Origin: Ramazzottius varieornatus
Taxonomy: Eukaryota > Animalia > Tardigrada
Assembly: GCA_001949185.1 (NCBI GenBank)
Contig: BDGG01000011.1
Span: 1,352,518-1,411,594, forward strand
Direction of reading: 5' to 3'
DNA: 59,077 nt
In this document: piece by piece, positions 45,201-56,233 of the stretch
Numbering within the stretch: position 1 is the stretch's first letter
Layout: every line of letters begins with the position of its first letter
Made by a program: the position numbers and the translations under genes
Notes under the pieces: generated by a model
What the model was told of the DNA's origin: nothing
Database searches by the model: none
The model's input: only the letters and a program-made list of their open reading frames with translations

Positions 45201-48200
45201 ATCTTCCATTTCTGTGCGGATGTCGAAAAAATGGCAACCAGCCCAATCAGCCATGCCGCTGTGCAATAGTGAATGTGTTAAAAAATTAGTGCTTGTATGT
45301 TATACCCGGCATGTGACCACCGGCCTGTAATCGGGTCGGCTAACTCGAATGAACCTGGTCCCACCTACGGATCGGCCCCATGGGTGCAACGTACGTACAC
45401 GGCCAACGCATCGGCTCAAACCGTGACGTCACGTTCAACATTGCCATTTCCCAGCTGTTTTACAAATTAGAATTTTCCAGCGGCTTGGATGAGCCCAATA
45501 TCACGACCAGAAACTTACACTTTAGTTGAACAGAACAGATAGGGCTTATCAGGGAGGTGTAAGCAGTATGGCCTCTCAAAACGGGGCGGTGTAGTGGATG
45601 CGGTCGGACACGTATACACTGGCTCCCATAAGTGATTGGCCACCCTATACCACATTCAAAAATTCATAACTTCCTTCGTTATGGACCGATTTTAACATTT
45701 CAAAGTTGGCTAAGAACACTAATGTTTTATCTTCACGACTACATGACTTTCCTGACAACCCATGGATAAATCAACTGGCAGTGCTCGACCTACAAACCTT
45801 GAAAAAACCTTGTTTTAGGCGCCGTGCTGAGGTTGCCAGCCAACAGCTGGCGCAATCCGGTTGTCACCGCGAGGTAGAAACAATATCGGTCTTTCAAACA
45901 AGCCTACGTGCGAATTTCTCCGAGCTCTGTGGAAGGAGGTCCGCTAAAATGCCGATTTGGGTTTTCTCGCGGCGTAAAACAAACTGTTTTACCTTTAACC
46001 TTCAATATCTTCCGTTAACGTTAAGGCTCATTGAAAGACCTGAACAATAACGCTGAGTCGTCTTAGTTTAAGTGGCAACCATTCAGACGTATCTTAGGGG
46101 CGAAGATATCGGAGATAAGGCGTACGGAATATTCCCTGGCGAAGACAACCAAGACTACTTCCTGGTGGGCATGTTAGCGAAACTTCCTCTACAGAGCTGG
46201 GAGAAATTCGCACTTCGGTACGCTGCCGAAAATAGGGTGGTTCTGAAGGTTTATACGCCGAGCACTGCCAGCTGATTTATAGATGAGCTCCCACAAAAGT
46301 CACGTGGTCGTGAAAGTAAAACGATACTCTTCTCAGTCATCTTTGAATTATCAAAATCGGTTCACAACGAAGGAAGTTATGATTTTTCGAATGATTGTAT
46401 AGGGTGGTCAAGCACTTATGAGAGACCGTTTAGTTTCTGTCGGACGAGCAACCCATACGAGAGACTGCGCTAGTTTATCAGGACCGCTGGTTTGATCTTG
46501 TGCTGTGTTCCTTATTTGCACAGGACAAAAACCGCTCGGATAAGCTTATCCTCTGCCTGGAATACTGCAATGCCGGAAGCTACACGGATTACTTGTCGAG
46601 TACGACGTATTGACGCCACGTTTTTACAAAGAACTTCCTGTACTGTCCCCCGCTCGAATGTGTGGTCAAAAACACGGTCTCAGTTTTGCCATAGCAAGAC
46701 GTTATGCCAATCCCGCTTGGCATGGTCTGGCCAGCGGTCCACTTTTAAATTGATTACCAGATTGGCCAGTTCGAAGCCCATGTAATACTCGTATTACATG
46801 GGCTTTTCAAGTGTGTCACGAGCTCAGTGGACGAGGAACATGACGAAGCTTTCAGATATCGCAAACACGCTGATGAAAAACGACGCTCTAGTTCATCCGG
46901 GTACGCGGTAATTTTCATCCGCAATCGTAGCGTTACACATTCCATTTTAGCGCTCCGTGGACACGAGTCACCTGAAGATATGACTGACCACAAACTGACC
47001 ACCCATTCTGAGCGCGGGTACTGTGCCGTCAAAGAGTTTGCTTGCAGAAGTGAAAATTGTCAGCGAGGTCAAACTGCACGGATTTGCCATCCAGCTAAGT
47101 GAAGGTCTGAAGGTTCTGCATGATCTTTCAATCGTCCACAGAGACCTAAAGCCAGCCAACATTCTCATGCACAACGAGAATGCGAGTCAGGATCCGCAAA
47201 AGCCAGACAAGCTGATCTTGAAGATAGCGGATTTTGGTTTGGCCAAAATCATCAACAAGGATCTCGCAACCAACAGTAATCAAGTGGGCACCGATAGATA
47301 CATGGCTCCCGAAGTTGCCACAGCTCACAGGGCCCGCTATAATGGAAAAGCGGACCTCTGGAGCCTGGGTGTAATACTGTACGAGAGCATAACGGGAAAA
47401 CTGGACTACGTAGATACCGTAAGTCTTGTGAAACCTGCATTCTCGAAGTGTTGCTTTCATCTTTCCCTGTCTGCGTAAAAAACTGCATGGAAAGTGAGGT
47501 TCTGTCACGCGTTAGAGCCCGTTTAGCGGGCCAAGTTACCTGACTTGGCCGGTCCCTTTCCCTAAGGCTGCGAGGGAAGACAACTAACTAAACAGTACTT
47601 CCCCTCCACTTCCGCAAAATCAAGCTGATGGAAAGTACTGTCTACAATGCCACCCTAGCAGCAAAGAGACTTCACTTTGCAAGTACTGCATTCTCTCGAT
47701 GGTTCTTCGTGATCACGCGACATGTCGTAAATGGCGGGGACAGAAAATATCTTTGCCTTCGATCAAAAATTTACTCGCCAGTCCAGTGTAGTGGTGGGCG
47801 ACAATCAAACAGTCAGTGATATCAGTGTGGGTGTAATTTACTGCCATGATGACGTGCTTCGCAGGTCCATCGAGGGAAAACACTCGGTGTGCTATGGCAA
47901 GCAAAGGTAGCCGCATAAACATCCACGCTTTCCTCCAAAATTCATGCCCTCTGGTCGTCCACTTTGCTGCATCAGATAAATTTTATTTTGCGCTTTTCTG
48001 AAAAGATCTGATGTAGCCTGAAAGGACATTCATTTCTCATAGTACCGAGTGATGAAGTAATTGAGAAAAGGCCAGAGTGGAATTTACAGAGCGTTAGGAG
48101 CCAGAACGCGAAAGTATCGGCCGAGGATGGTTACGACGCTCATCGTAAAACAATCGTTTTTCCCTTTTTACATAAGGTTTTTCGAGACGGCTGATTTGGC

Positions 48201-50374
48201 TCGAACGCTCGATCATCCGTCTACCGAGTGGATGTTGAATGTGTGAGAAGATGGGGAATGGGAATTTTCAGGAGCCCTGTACGCTCGAGCTTCCGCTTAG
48301 CGCCGAACCGTCGTGCAGTACTTCCCATAAGACTGCCTCCGACACTCTCGATTCTCGCGATATCACAGAAGTAGATGCTGTGTTACAGTATAGTGGTAGG
48401 ACATGGATAGAAAAGCGGTGAGACAAGGTTAGGACTAAAGCTAGAGCGACAGAAGGAGGCAGTCGATCGCCGAGCCAGCGTCAACCGTAAAAAGGGTCCA
48501 ACTGGGACAACACCTATTGACTGAGGAAATGCTCATGACAGTTCGACAGGAGAAATAGAATTCGCTCGTAACATGCCGCAGATGGTGAGCGAAGTTCCAG
48601 TCTCCAAAAGTGTAGACGTTATGAGGACTACACAAGGCAGAAAATTTCGCAGGCTCTGAATTCTGACGGGTGGCATGTATACCTGGTCGGAAAGATGGAA
48701 GTACAGTAATACAATTAATAAATGTCTGGTGGTATTTACAACATTATTTAATTCGTAGCCGTTTCAGGATGTACCGGAATTTCCGCACGCTGCTGTTTTG
48801 GCGCTTTGCTCAAAAGTGGAAAGATCGGTTCAACACTTAACAATGCAGGTTTCGCGCGATCTTCAAGACCTCCTCGAGAATTTGTTGAGAGTGAGTCCGC
48901 TGGCCCGTATGGATTTCGAAGGATTTTATGACCATGCTTTCTTGCGGTTCCACATTGTACGCGAACGTGAGACCGTATCGTCTATCGCAAGCCAGTACGG
49001 TATGAGCACAGAGTGGCTTTGCCAAATGAACGACGCTATCGTCAACTGCTACAAACCGGTCAAAGGAGCTAAAATCTGCGTCCGGAGAAGCCAGTCCTGC
49101 ACCGCGACCAAACCGGGCCAAAAGAACGTGTGTGGTATCAATATCGGAGAAAAACATTGGATAGTTTCACAGTTCGATGGAGCGCAGTTTACTCAGGCTT
49201 CCCAAAAGAAGGCGCCTCTAGTGACAACTGTGCTCAGTAGTTTACAGAATCAGCTCGCTAAGGCCGGAGCATCGGCCGCAGGCTGTGCACCGCACGTGAT
49301 AGCTTATGACCTTGCACGCCTGGTTGGAAAACGTTTCAGACCACATCAACACGGAAGACCAACGATCGGGAAGTTCTCAAAAAATGGCGAACCGTCATTC
49401 AACGTGACGGCCGTAGTCCTGCCATCTGTCTATTCAATGCGACAGGAACTAGACAAGTCACTCCAGAGAGCTATTGTGGCGAGATATTGACGACGCTCAG
49501 ATCAAACGTCGAGGATTCGTTTGCATCTAACAGTGACCTACAAACGGTCATCGGGGTTCCCAGTCACTTTGATTTCGCACAAATGCTCAGAATATCCAAA
49601 ACTGCTAAGCTAGCAGGATGGAATGTGACCGGAGTTGTCGAAACACCCCTGGCGCTCGTTCTGGCTTACGATGTTTACAGGCATGAAGCCCTGACAGGAA
49701 ACGTTCTGGTGTGTGAGATAGGGGAGACGGAGATCAACTTTTCGGTTCTGCGCTACCGTGGCCCTTATACCTATGAAATTTTGGTGGCTGCACTTCAGCT
49801 TGGAATTGGACTGTCGTATCTAGACGAAGCGGTCGCCAAAGACGTTATTACGGAAGCAAAACGCGTTTTTGGCCAGAAGATCCAAAAGAACAGCGATGTT
49901 CTAAACACTTTGCGCACGGAAGCGCTGCAAGCTCGGCGCCGTCTGCATCATCCGTCTGCGGAAAGTATTGCCAACGAAAAAATTTATGAGGTTATTTACG
50001 CGAAGAATTGTTTCGAAGAAATGTCCTTCAAAACACGGCTGACGGTACCGATGGTGGAAGATTTGTATCAGCCTTTCTATGCTGCCATCACAGAGATAAC
50101 CGAGCAGCTGACGCAGAGTCTGAAGCAAGGCAACCATTCGACAGAAATAAGTCACATCATACTGGCCGGAGGCTGTCGTTCAGTCCCAAACATCCGCCAG
50201 TTATTGTTGAAGCCTTTTCCTCAAGCCACTATCCACGACAGGTTGGATCCAAGCGAATGCGCTGCGCATGGAGCTTCGTTTTACGCGCATCTCCTCGCTG
50301 TCCATCACTTCAAGCCACCGAAAAATGCGCTGTGCGAGTTCCCTCTCAGAGCTGTGTCAAACCATTTTGATTGA
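42231..50374 (+). CDS. ULK/Atg1-like Ser/Thr kinase - LysM - degenerate Hsp70 NBD fusion; exons (42231-42256), 42348-42429, 43933-44034, 44497-44556, 46524-46599, 47048-47418, 48768-50374 with one apparent frameshift near 49335
   Basis: Phase-consistent exons: LGRGGYGVVFKG | VAIKE..EREIEILK | HRNLVLL | LEYCNAGS | HRDLKPANIL..DFG..APE..ADLWSLG | DLLENLL..RMDFEGFYDHAFL. Then HIVRERETVSSIASQYGMSTEWLCQMN (LysM). Then CGINIG, RLVGKRF, VIGVPSHF, AKLAGWNV, ILAGGCRSVP, AAHGA (Hsp70 fold). The first exon is tentative. Confidence 0.85.
43050..43400 (-). mobile_element. Possible decayed LTR-retrotransposon gag fragment in a kinase intron
   Basis: Fragments LYLQGK / KAKDW and PANYNDLEKCFCIKFG resemble gag motifs across frameshifts; weak. 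Confidence 0.25.
44643..44830. mobile_element. CACTA-like MITE in a kinase intron
   Basis: TIRs cacgcacgaagggaaagtttggaacag and ctgttccaaactttccctttgtacgtg; second copy at 50579-50769. Confidence 0.7.
45617..46430. mobile_element. Non-autonomous Tc1-like element in a kinase intron
   Basis: About 95-bp imperfect TIRs: TA|CACTGGCTCCCATAAGTGATTGGCCACCCTATAC... and ...GTATAGGGTGGTCAAGCACTTATGAGAGACC. Confidence 0.7.
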
Positions 50375-50578
50375 CGACTCGCCAAAATTTCCTTCATTTC
50401 TTGCAATAGATTGTCCGTCTTTTTTACCGTTCGAGACAGCTACTTCATCCAGCTATGGTGCTACGACAGTTTTTTTATCGGCATGATCAGCGACATGAAT
50501 TCCCTCATCCTGTCATAATATGTCTCATTGTTTCGTACTTTCATCCGTCGAGGTCGCCTTAGTCTCAGTTTCTCATCA

Positions 50579-50769
50579 CCGTACACGCACGAAGGGAAAG
50601 TTTGGAGCAGTAAAAAGTTCGGAACAGGCGCTTTCGTAAGAGCGGAACAGAAGTCCGTACGTACGTGTGCAATGCTCACTAATGCACGTTGTGACAATTT
50701 CCTACGCTTGAATTCTCAGTTTACCGTCTTTTCCGCCTGTTCCAAACTTTCCCTTCGTTCGGGGCACCG
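50579..50769. mobile_element. CACTA-like MITE, inverted copy of 44643-44830
   Basis: Same TIRs; interior is the diverged reverse complement of the 44.7-kb copy. Confidence 0.7.
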
Positions 50770-50872
50770 AACGAAAAAAATTGCTTAGCCGAGTTTATGT
50801 GCTAACAATATCTGAGGCTCACACAGCTCAAAATGACACTCTCCGACAACGTGTGACATCATGAAGGCCTTA

Positions 50873-52078
50873 CTACCGCTTACTTGACTGTGGGAATAGT
50901 TTCAACTCTATAGTAGATGGCTGCGTTCTATTATTGTGCGACCCATGTACGAAGGTCAGATCCTCCTCAGCGACCAACTTTTCGTTCTGTTCCAACTGCA
51001 GCTTCAAGGCGTCTTCCTTGAAACTAATCATATCCATCAAGTCCTGCGTCTTCTGTTCCAGCCTTTCTTTTGTCGTTCTCAACGAAGTATGCAGCAAGTT
51101 CGCCCAATTCTGTCTGTCCAGTCCATACTTGCCGGCAATGTTTCCGCTGTTGATCAACATGGCGAGCGAATGTTGTCGCACATCCTCATATCCCTGCACT
51201 TGAAAGACTGTATCCCTCATCCGCAGTAAATCGTCCTCCGCTTCACCCATATACTTTATAAAGTCATCAATCAACTGCGCTATGGCTTCTTCGCTGTATT
51301 CTGCCGGCACCGGCATGTTGACTTTCGCCTGTAAACTGGAGACATGAGCTGCATTGTACTTTTGCCGTAGTAACTGATTGCCCGTATTCTCCGCTTGTTT
51401 CTCCTTCAAACTATCTTCCAACCTCTCGACCAACTCCTCGTAGTTCCTGTTCTGAACATCCAAGTCTTGTATTCTACGTTCAGCACTGGCCAACTGTTCT
51501 TCTCCACACATGTAGTCGCTCATCAGTTTGCACCATTCACTTTCGTTCTTCTCCAATGCTTCGTAAAGTTGATCATCTTCTTCCATACCTTCCATGACCA
51601 GTTCTTCCATATGGTCGATCATCTTGCCCTTGATCAACCATTGATCCCGCAATGTATCCTTCATGGTCTCTTTACCGCGCATTAAGAACAACTTACAATT
51701 AAAACCAGGAACGTTACAAACATTATCCCGCAACAGTTCGAGCCGGTTAGCTGTACGTTCTTTGCGACGTTGCCATTTCAATTGCTGCTTCTGCAGGGTC
51801 TTGTTGATACGAGTGAGCTGGTGCTCGTTCTTCTGCAGGTAATTTAGATCACGACGAACAGCGTCAGCTTTAAACTCCAACAATTTCTTCAGCTTCTCCA
51901 AAGCAGCGACAGTCATATGCGGAAGTAAATCTTCCGCTTCCTTGATGTTCTCTGAGGAAAACTTGATAGTGGGGAAATGGGAGGCGGAAAAGTCCCGTTC
52001 ATCCTCCCCTACAACGCTCTCAGTATCTGTCATCATGTACTCATCCTTACTCTGTTCTCGAGGTCTGGCCATTGTCAA
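50873..52078 (-). CDS. Intronless 401-aa coiled-coil protein of unknown family
   Basis: Long uninterrupted ORF, E/L/K/Q-rich with heptad-like pattern; no recognised motif. Confidence 0.7.
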   Translation of the reverse strand: MTMARPREQSKDEYMMTDTESVVGEDERDFSASHFPTIKFSSENIKEAEDLLPHMTVAALEKLKKLLEFKADAVRRDLNYLQKNEHQLTRINKTLQKQQLKWQRRKERTANRLELLRDNVCNVPGFNCKLFLMRGKETMKDTLRDQWLIKGKMIDHMEELVMEGMEEDDQLYEALEKNESEWCKLMSDYMCGEEQLASAERRIQDLDVQNRNYEELVERLEDSLKEKQAENTGNQLLRQKYNAAHVSSLQAKVNMPVPAEYSEEAIAQLIDDFIKYMGEAEDDLLRMRDTVFQVQGYEDVRQHSLAMLINSGNIAGKYGLDRQNWANLLHTSLRTTKERLEQKTQDLMDMISFKEDALKLQLEQNEKLVAEEDLTFVHGSHNNRTQPSTIELKLFPQSSKR

Positions 52079-52238
52079 TTCTTACTAATTCCACAAAAAC
52101 TACGAATTTTTTATTTACCAAGTCGCACCAACAAACGTTCGAATTCAAAATCATAAGACCTGCTGTCCGTGGTTACATGGTTACACGGAGCTTCGACAGC
52201 AGCACGTAAAATACCAACTCAGATGGTAAAGCGGCCTA

Positions 52239-54975
52239 TTATGAACAAACTCTTTTGGAAGTGCCGATCAACCAGTAAGTGCGCTCGACATTTTTCTGCA
52301 AAAACCGATGTGAAGAAAGTTATGGTAAAACGGCAAATCTCGATGGACGCTTCATTTATTCGTACTTACCGTAGTAAACCGGTCGGATCGTTCGATCAAG
52401 TCGTATCCTCCATGCTTGCGAAGAAGGTCTCGAGACCTGTGGCTGACCTGGATTTGATTCACTAAGGTATGGATAACAATGTTAAAGAATAATTCGCAAA
52501 GTACAACACAAGGCGCTGCTGGTCAGTATATTAACCTAGGCTACTTTGTTCCATGTGCTGCGCATAAGTCATCGTCTCGCCCACCAGCGAGTAACGTGGC
52601 ATCCTACCCCCAACAACGCCCGATAAAACAGGTCCTAAAACAAAAAACACAGTCTGCATTGAACTATAAAGCATACTTCGACCAGGCAGAAAGAAGGTTG
52701 ATTAGTTTACCTGTATGAAAGCCGATTCGAACTTTCAGCTGCTCATTAGACAAATGTTGGATTTTAAATTGCAGAGCAATCCTTTGTAAGGCCAGCGACA
52801 AACTGGCAATCTCATCCGCATGAAGTTCGCCGTTTCTGTGTGGAGCCCCGCTAACAACCTACGACGGTTTGCTATTTATGGTAGCTGCTCATCTGCCGTC
52901 TCTTGTTAATTCCGGAAAGTCTTACAAAGTAGGCATCGCCGATAGTTTCCACTTTGTAAACGTCATGAGCGTCTGCCTCGGCGTCAAATAACGAATACAA
53001 ATCATTGAGGAATGTAACAACCTGCATCGGTGTACTTTTGCCCGATATCACCGTGAACCCAGCGATGTCCAAACAGCACACCTACAAAAAGTCAGGCTGC
53101 TCTACCCGCGCAGCAAGACCCGAAAATCAGCGCGTACCGTTATAGCCTCGAAGTGTTCTGCGGGTACCAAACTGCCTCGTTTCAGCGAGTCAGCTACAGA
53201 CGGCGGTAGCAGACGATGTAACAGTTTGTCGGCTGTCCTTTTGGCCGCAGATATTTCTGCTGCTTGGGAAGACAGAGCGCTGGCCGACTTCTCGATGGTT
53301 TTGTTGATTTCCTTGGCGGAATACCAATACCAAGTACTCAAGGCATACGATACTCATCACCGTCAACAGAGCAGCAGCTTCCGTAAATTCGTCGTGAGCA
53401 GATCGAAACTGCGTCAGTGCAAACATGTAGTTAAGTTACTCTCTGCTTTAACCATCGAGGCAATATTTATATTTACGCCTGTGTCTAGACTGCTCCTGAT
53501 GGCGGAGACCAGATCAACTTCGATCGCACTAATTAAATCCATGTAGGCGGTAATGTTGGCGAACCACTCCTGCAATGCCATCCAAGAGAACAAATTTTTT
53601 CTGGGCACATCTATCGCGGGAAAAGAGGTGCCAATATTTTAGTAATAAGTCGTGGTTACTAACCAGGCTTTTTGGAACGTTTGCGGGACGGGGTTGGTTG
53701 GCTAGAATTTGCGGTCGCATGTCGTCCAGGACAGCGGTGGTCAGGTTTCGGTGTTTGATGGATACACCCTCAAATATCATGGCACTGCGATTGGAGTGTG
53801 CGAAGCATAAGTCCAGAAAGGTGTTGGCACTGAGGAAAACCTCTGCAAATGCTATCGTGGAGAGTGGTTTCGAGGCCCAGATTCGGGTAGAATTGACTGA
53901 CTCTTATACCATAGAACTTTTCGCTCTCGGCTTCCGTGTGGTGTCCTTTTGCAAAGTAGGCACTTCCAATGGCTCTCTGCATTCCTGAAGCAGCGCACTC
54001 GATATCGTGTAATGATCTCATCGATAGAGTGCGTGATTTGATTAGTACCTGTGTCACATGCCGCAGTAGCACTTACCAATGTGTTCTTTGGCGTGAAGAA
54101 AAAAATGTAATGAGGTCATGTGCCGCCAGAGATCACCGCTCCTGTCACCACTGAGGACTGTGTTCCGGTTCATCATCCGTAACGCCCCTTGGATAGTTTG
54201 GGAGAACCAGAGGATTTCTTCAAAGGTAGTGCTGTTCGAGGAGCGAGTGACCCTACGCCGAGTTATCCACTCCCTGAAATTATCACAAAGCATACAATGT
54301 TAGGTCGGATGAAGGTAGGCAAAAACAAAAAAATAAAAAGTAGATTGCAAACAACACGCCGCTATTCACCGAAAATTACTGTGCGAGGTCAACCAGCCAT
54401 CATCCTTCAAATCAGCACTTCCCGACCAGATCACAACTGCGTCCAACGCCGCGTCGGTTGAATTGCGTAGTATCTGCAGCTTGTCCCAGACTGATTCACT
54501 GCTAGAATTTGCGGAGAAAGAAGCTTGTTTTTCGTATTTTGCTTCCAAGAAATCCGTAGAGCGCAAACTTACTTGCGGGAACTGAGAAAGATGCTAGTCA
54601 TGCCGCGCTCTCTTTGAAGTCGAGTGACGACCTCACTCATTTGAGCACTGGCAGTTACAGATGTCGCTGTTGCTTCAGTACTTCGCTTTGCCTTAAGCGC
54701 GGAGGCGATTATTATTCCACACTAGAAAAAACCTCGTCAGCGATTCAGAGTAATCTGCAATCACTTCTCCGGCACCAAATTCTATGCCGTACCTGGAGGA
54801 ATAAAACAACCATCGGAACGCAGAGCATCAAGCAAAGTTGGACCATTCGCTTCCGACGTTGAGCGGGGGATTCTTCGACCAATGACAGCAGCTTCTTTGT
54901 AGCGCTTTGGCCAAGGCTGAGAACACTACCCGTCGCGGTCGTGATGGACGTACCGCGACTTTTTCGAAATTCCAT
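52239..54975 (-). CDS. Membrane guanylyl cyclase-like protein with NIT-type sensor domain (multi-exon; apparent frameshift near 53340)
   Basis: TM1 [16 protein letters not shown]; AKEHIG|[10 protein letters not shown] and [11 protein letters not shown] (NIT-like); TM2; [13 protein letters not shown]; LDIAGFT; [11 protein letters not shown]; VRIGFHTG; [10 protein letters not shown]; ends [13 protein letters not shown]. Confidence 0.82.
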
Positions 54976-55822
54976 GGTGTCGAAAGATCGAGAAAGATCA
55001 TTCGAAACAAGATGTGCCAAGTGAGCAGACTCGACCGGAATCGTTGGCTAGCTGTGCTAGCTTCACCGCGATTTATTACAGCAAAGATTTGTCAGAGTAG
55101 TCGGCCGACAGAAAAGCCACTCAGTGAATGAATGTCCACTCAAAAATACGCTTCTGAAAAAAACCGGAAGTGTGTTCTTTCGGAGCAAAAGGATAAGGAG
55201 AACACATTACGTCTTTTCTTGTCAACACGCTATCTGTCTCACTACCCATCTCGATGAAAGGTTTCGATTATCGGATCATGTATCGCGAGCTCATTCTGAG
55301 TGAAGGCATCAGTAACTACTGTAAAAATTCGCTGCTTCCGCGCAACACGTCATCGAACACATGAAGTACAGCTCCGGTCGGGCTTTACTACTTGTGCCAC
55401 CCCCCACGGGGGTGCATCGGCACGTACGTGTACGTACTGCGCGGACGCAGCGAATCTACATCCGACTACTGCAAATCGAACCAGACTTCCATTCACTTAC
55501 ACAAAGATGCAGTGTCCAAAAGGAATTCCTAAGTGGATACTGCTAAAAAACTAAGATACGAAGAGAACACTGATAGTGGCATCGCTTTCCGCTTCTTATG
55601 GGGATTGATATTAGAAAATAAGCAAGCTGATTCGCGGTTAACTGTGGAGCGACTCCCTCCTTCTTCCCCGAGTTTCCTTCTCATATTTCTCCTCGTACAC
55701 ACTCGATGTGAACGTACGAATTAGCCAACCTTGATCATGGCCATCAATGACCAAGTCGTCTCTCGATTCATTAGTCTTTCTGCGAGCTCCTCGCATTTTG
55801 CCTCAGCCATGGCGCTGCGCAA

Positions 55823-55940
55823 TACTGTATGCTCTCCCGAAATTCACGTACGTCACTGACTCTCAAATCATTGGGGTCTTACCGTCTAGTTTTACACTCT
55901 GAATGGGTGACGTACGTGAATTTCGAGAGAGTATACAGTA
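55823..55940. mobile_element. 118-bp MITE-like inverted repeat
   Basis: tactgtatgctctcccgaaattcacgtacgtcac and gtgacgtacgtgaatttcgagagagtatacagta; TA at both ends. Confidence 0.65.
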
Positions 55941-56233
55941 GCCAATGTGGCAAAAAATTGGTTCCCGTATGTCGTGCCCGTCATGTGACTATCGGCTCGT
56001 GATCGGGTCGGTTAATTCAGAATAATCCGGGTCGGTTAATTCTTCTTCGTTTCAGTCTTATGTCTCCTGAATGGCGTTTCTTTGGTGAGCACGGCCTCTT
56101 GGCTGAAGCCAAGAGGCCGATCAGTGGAAAACTGCGCGTGAATGCTGATGTGTTCTGTCTTCGGTATTTATTTTACTTCTATGCCAGTCAGCTTCGCGAC
56201 CTTACCTGTACATCAACTACACATTGAAAGAAT

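Noticed and set aside
47503-48633. Solo LTR in the last kinase intron (similar candidates at about 8150-8546 and 42560-43000)
   Set aside because: TG...CA candidates exist but no exact TSD or second copy could be established.
49321-49345. Programmed -1 ribosomal frameshift
   Set aside because: No X XXY YYZ slippery site in the correct frame; an indel is simpler.
49487-50374. Stand-alone Hsp70 gene
   Set aside because: Starts at TTG mid-domain; its N-terminal motifs are in frame with the upstream kinase and LysM.
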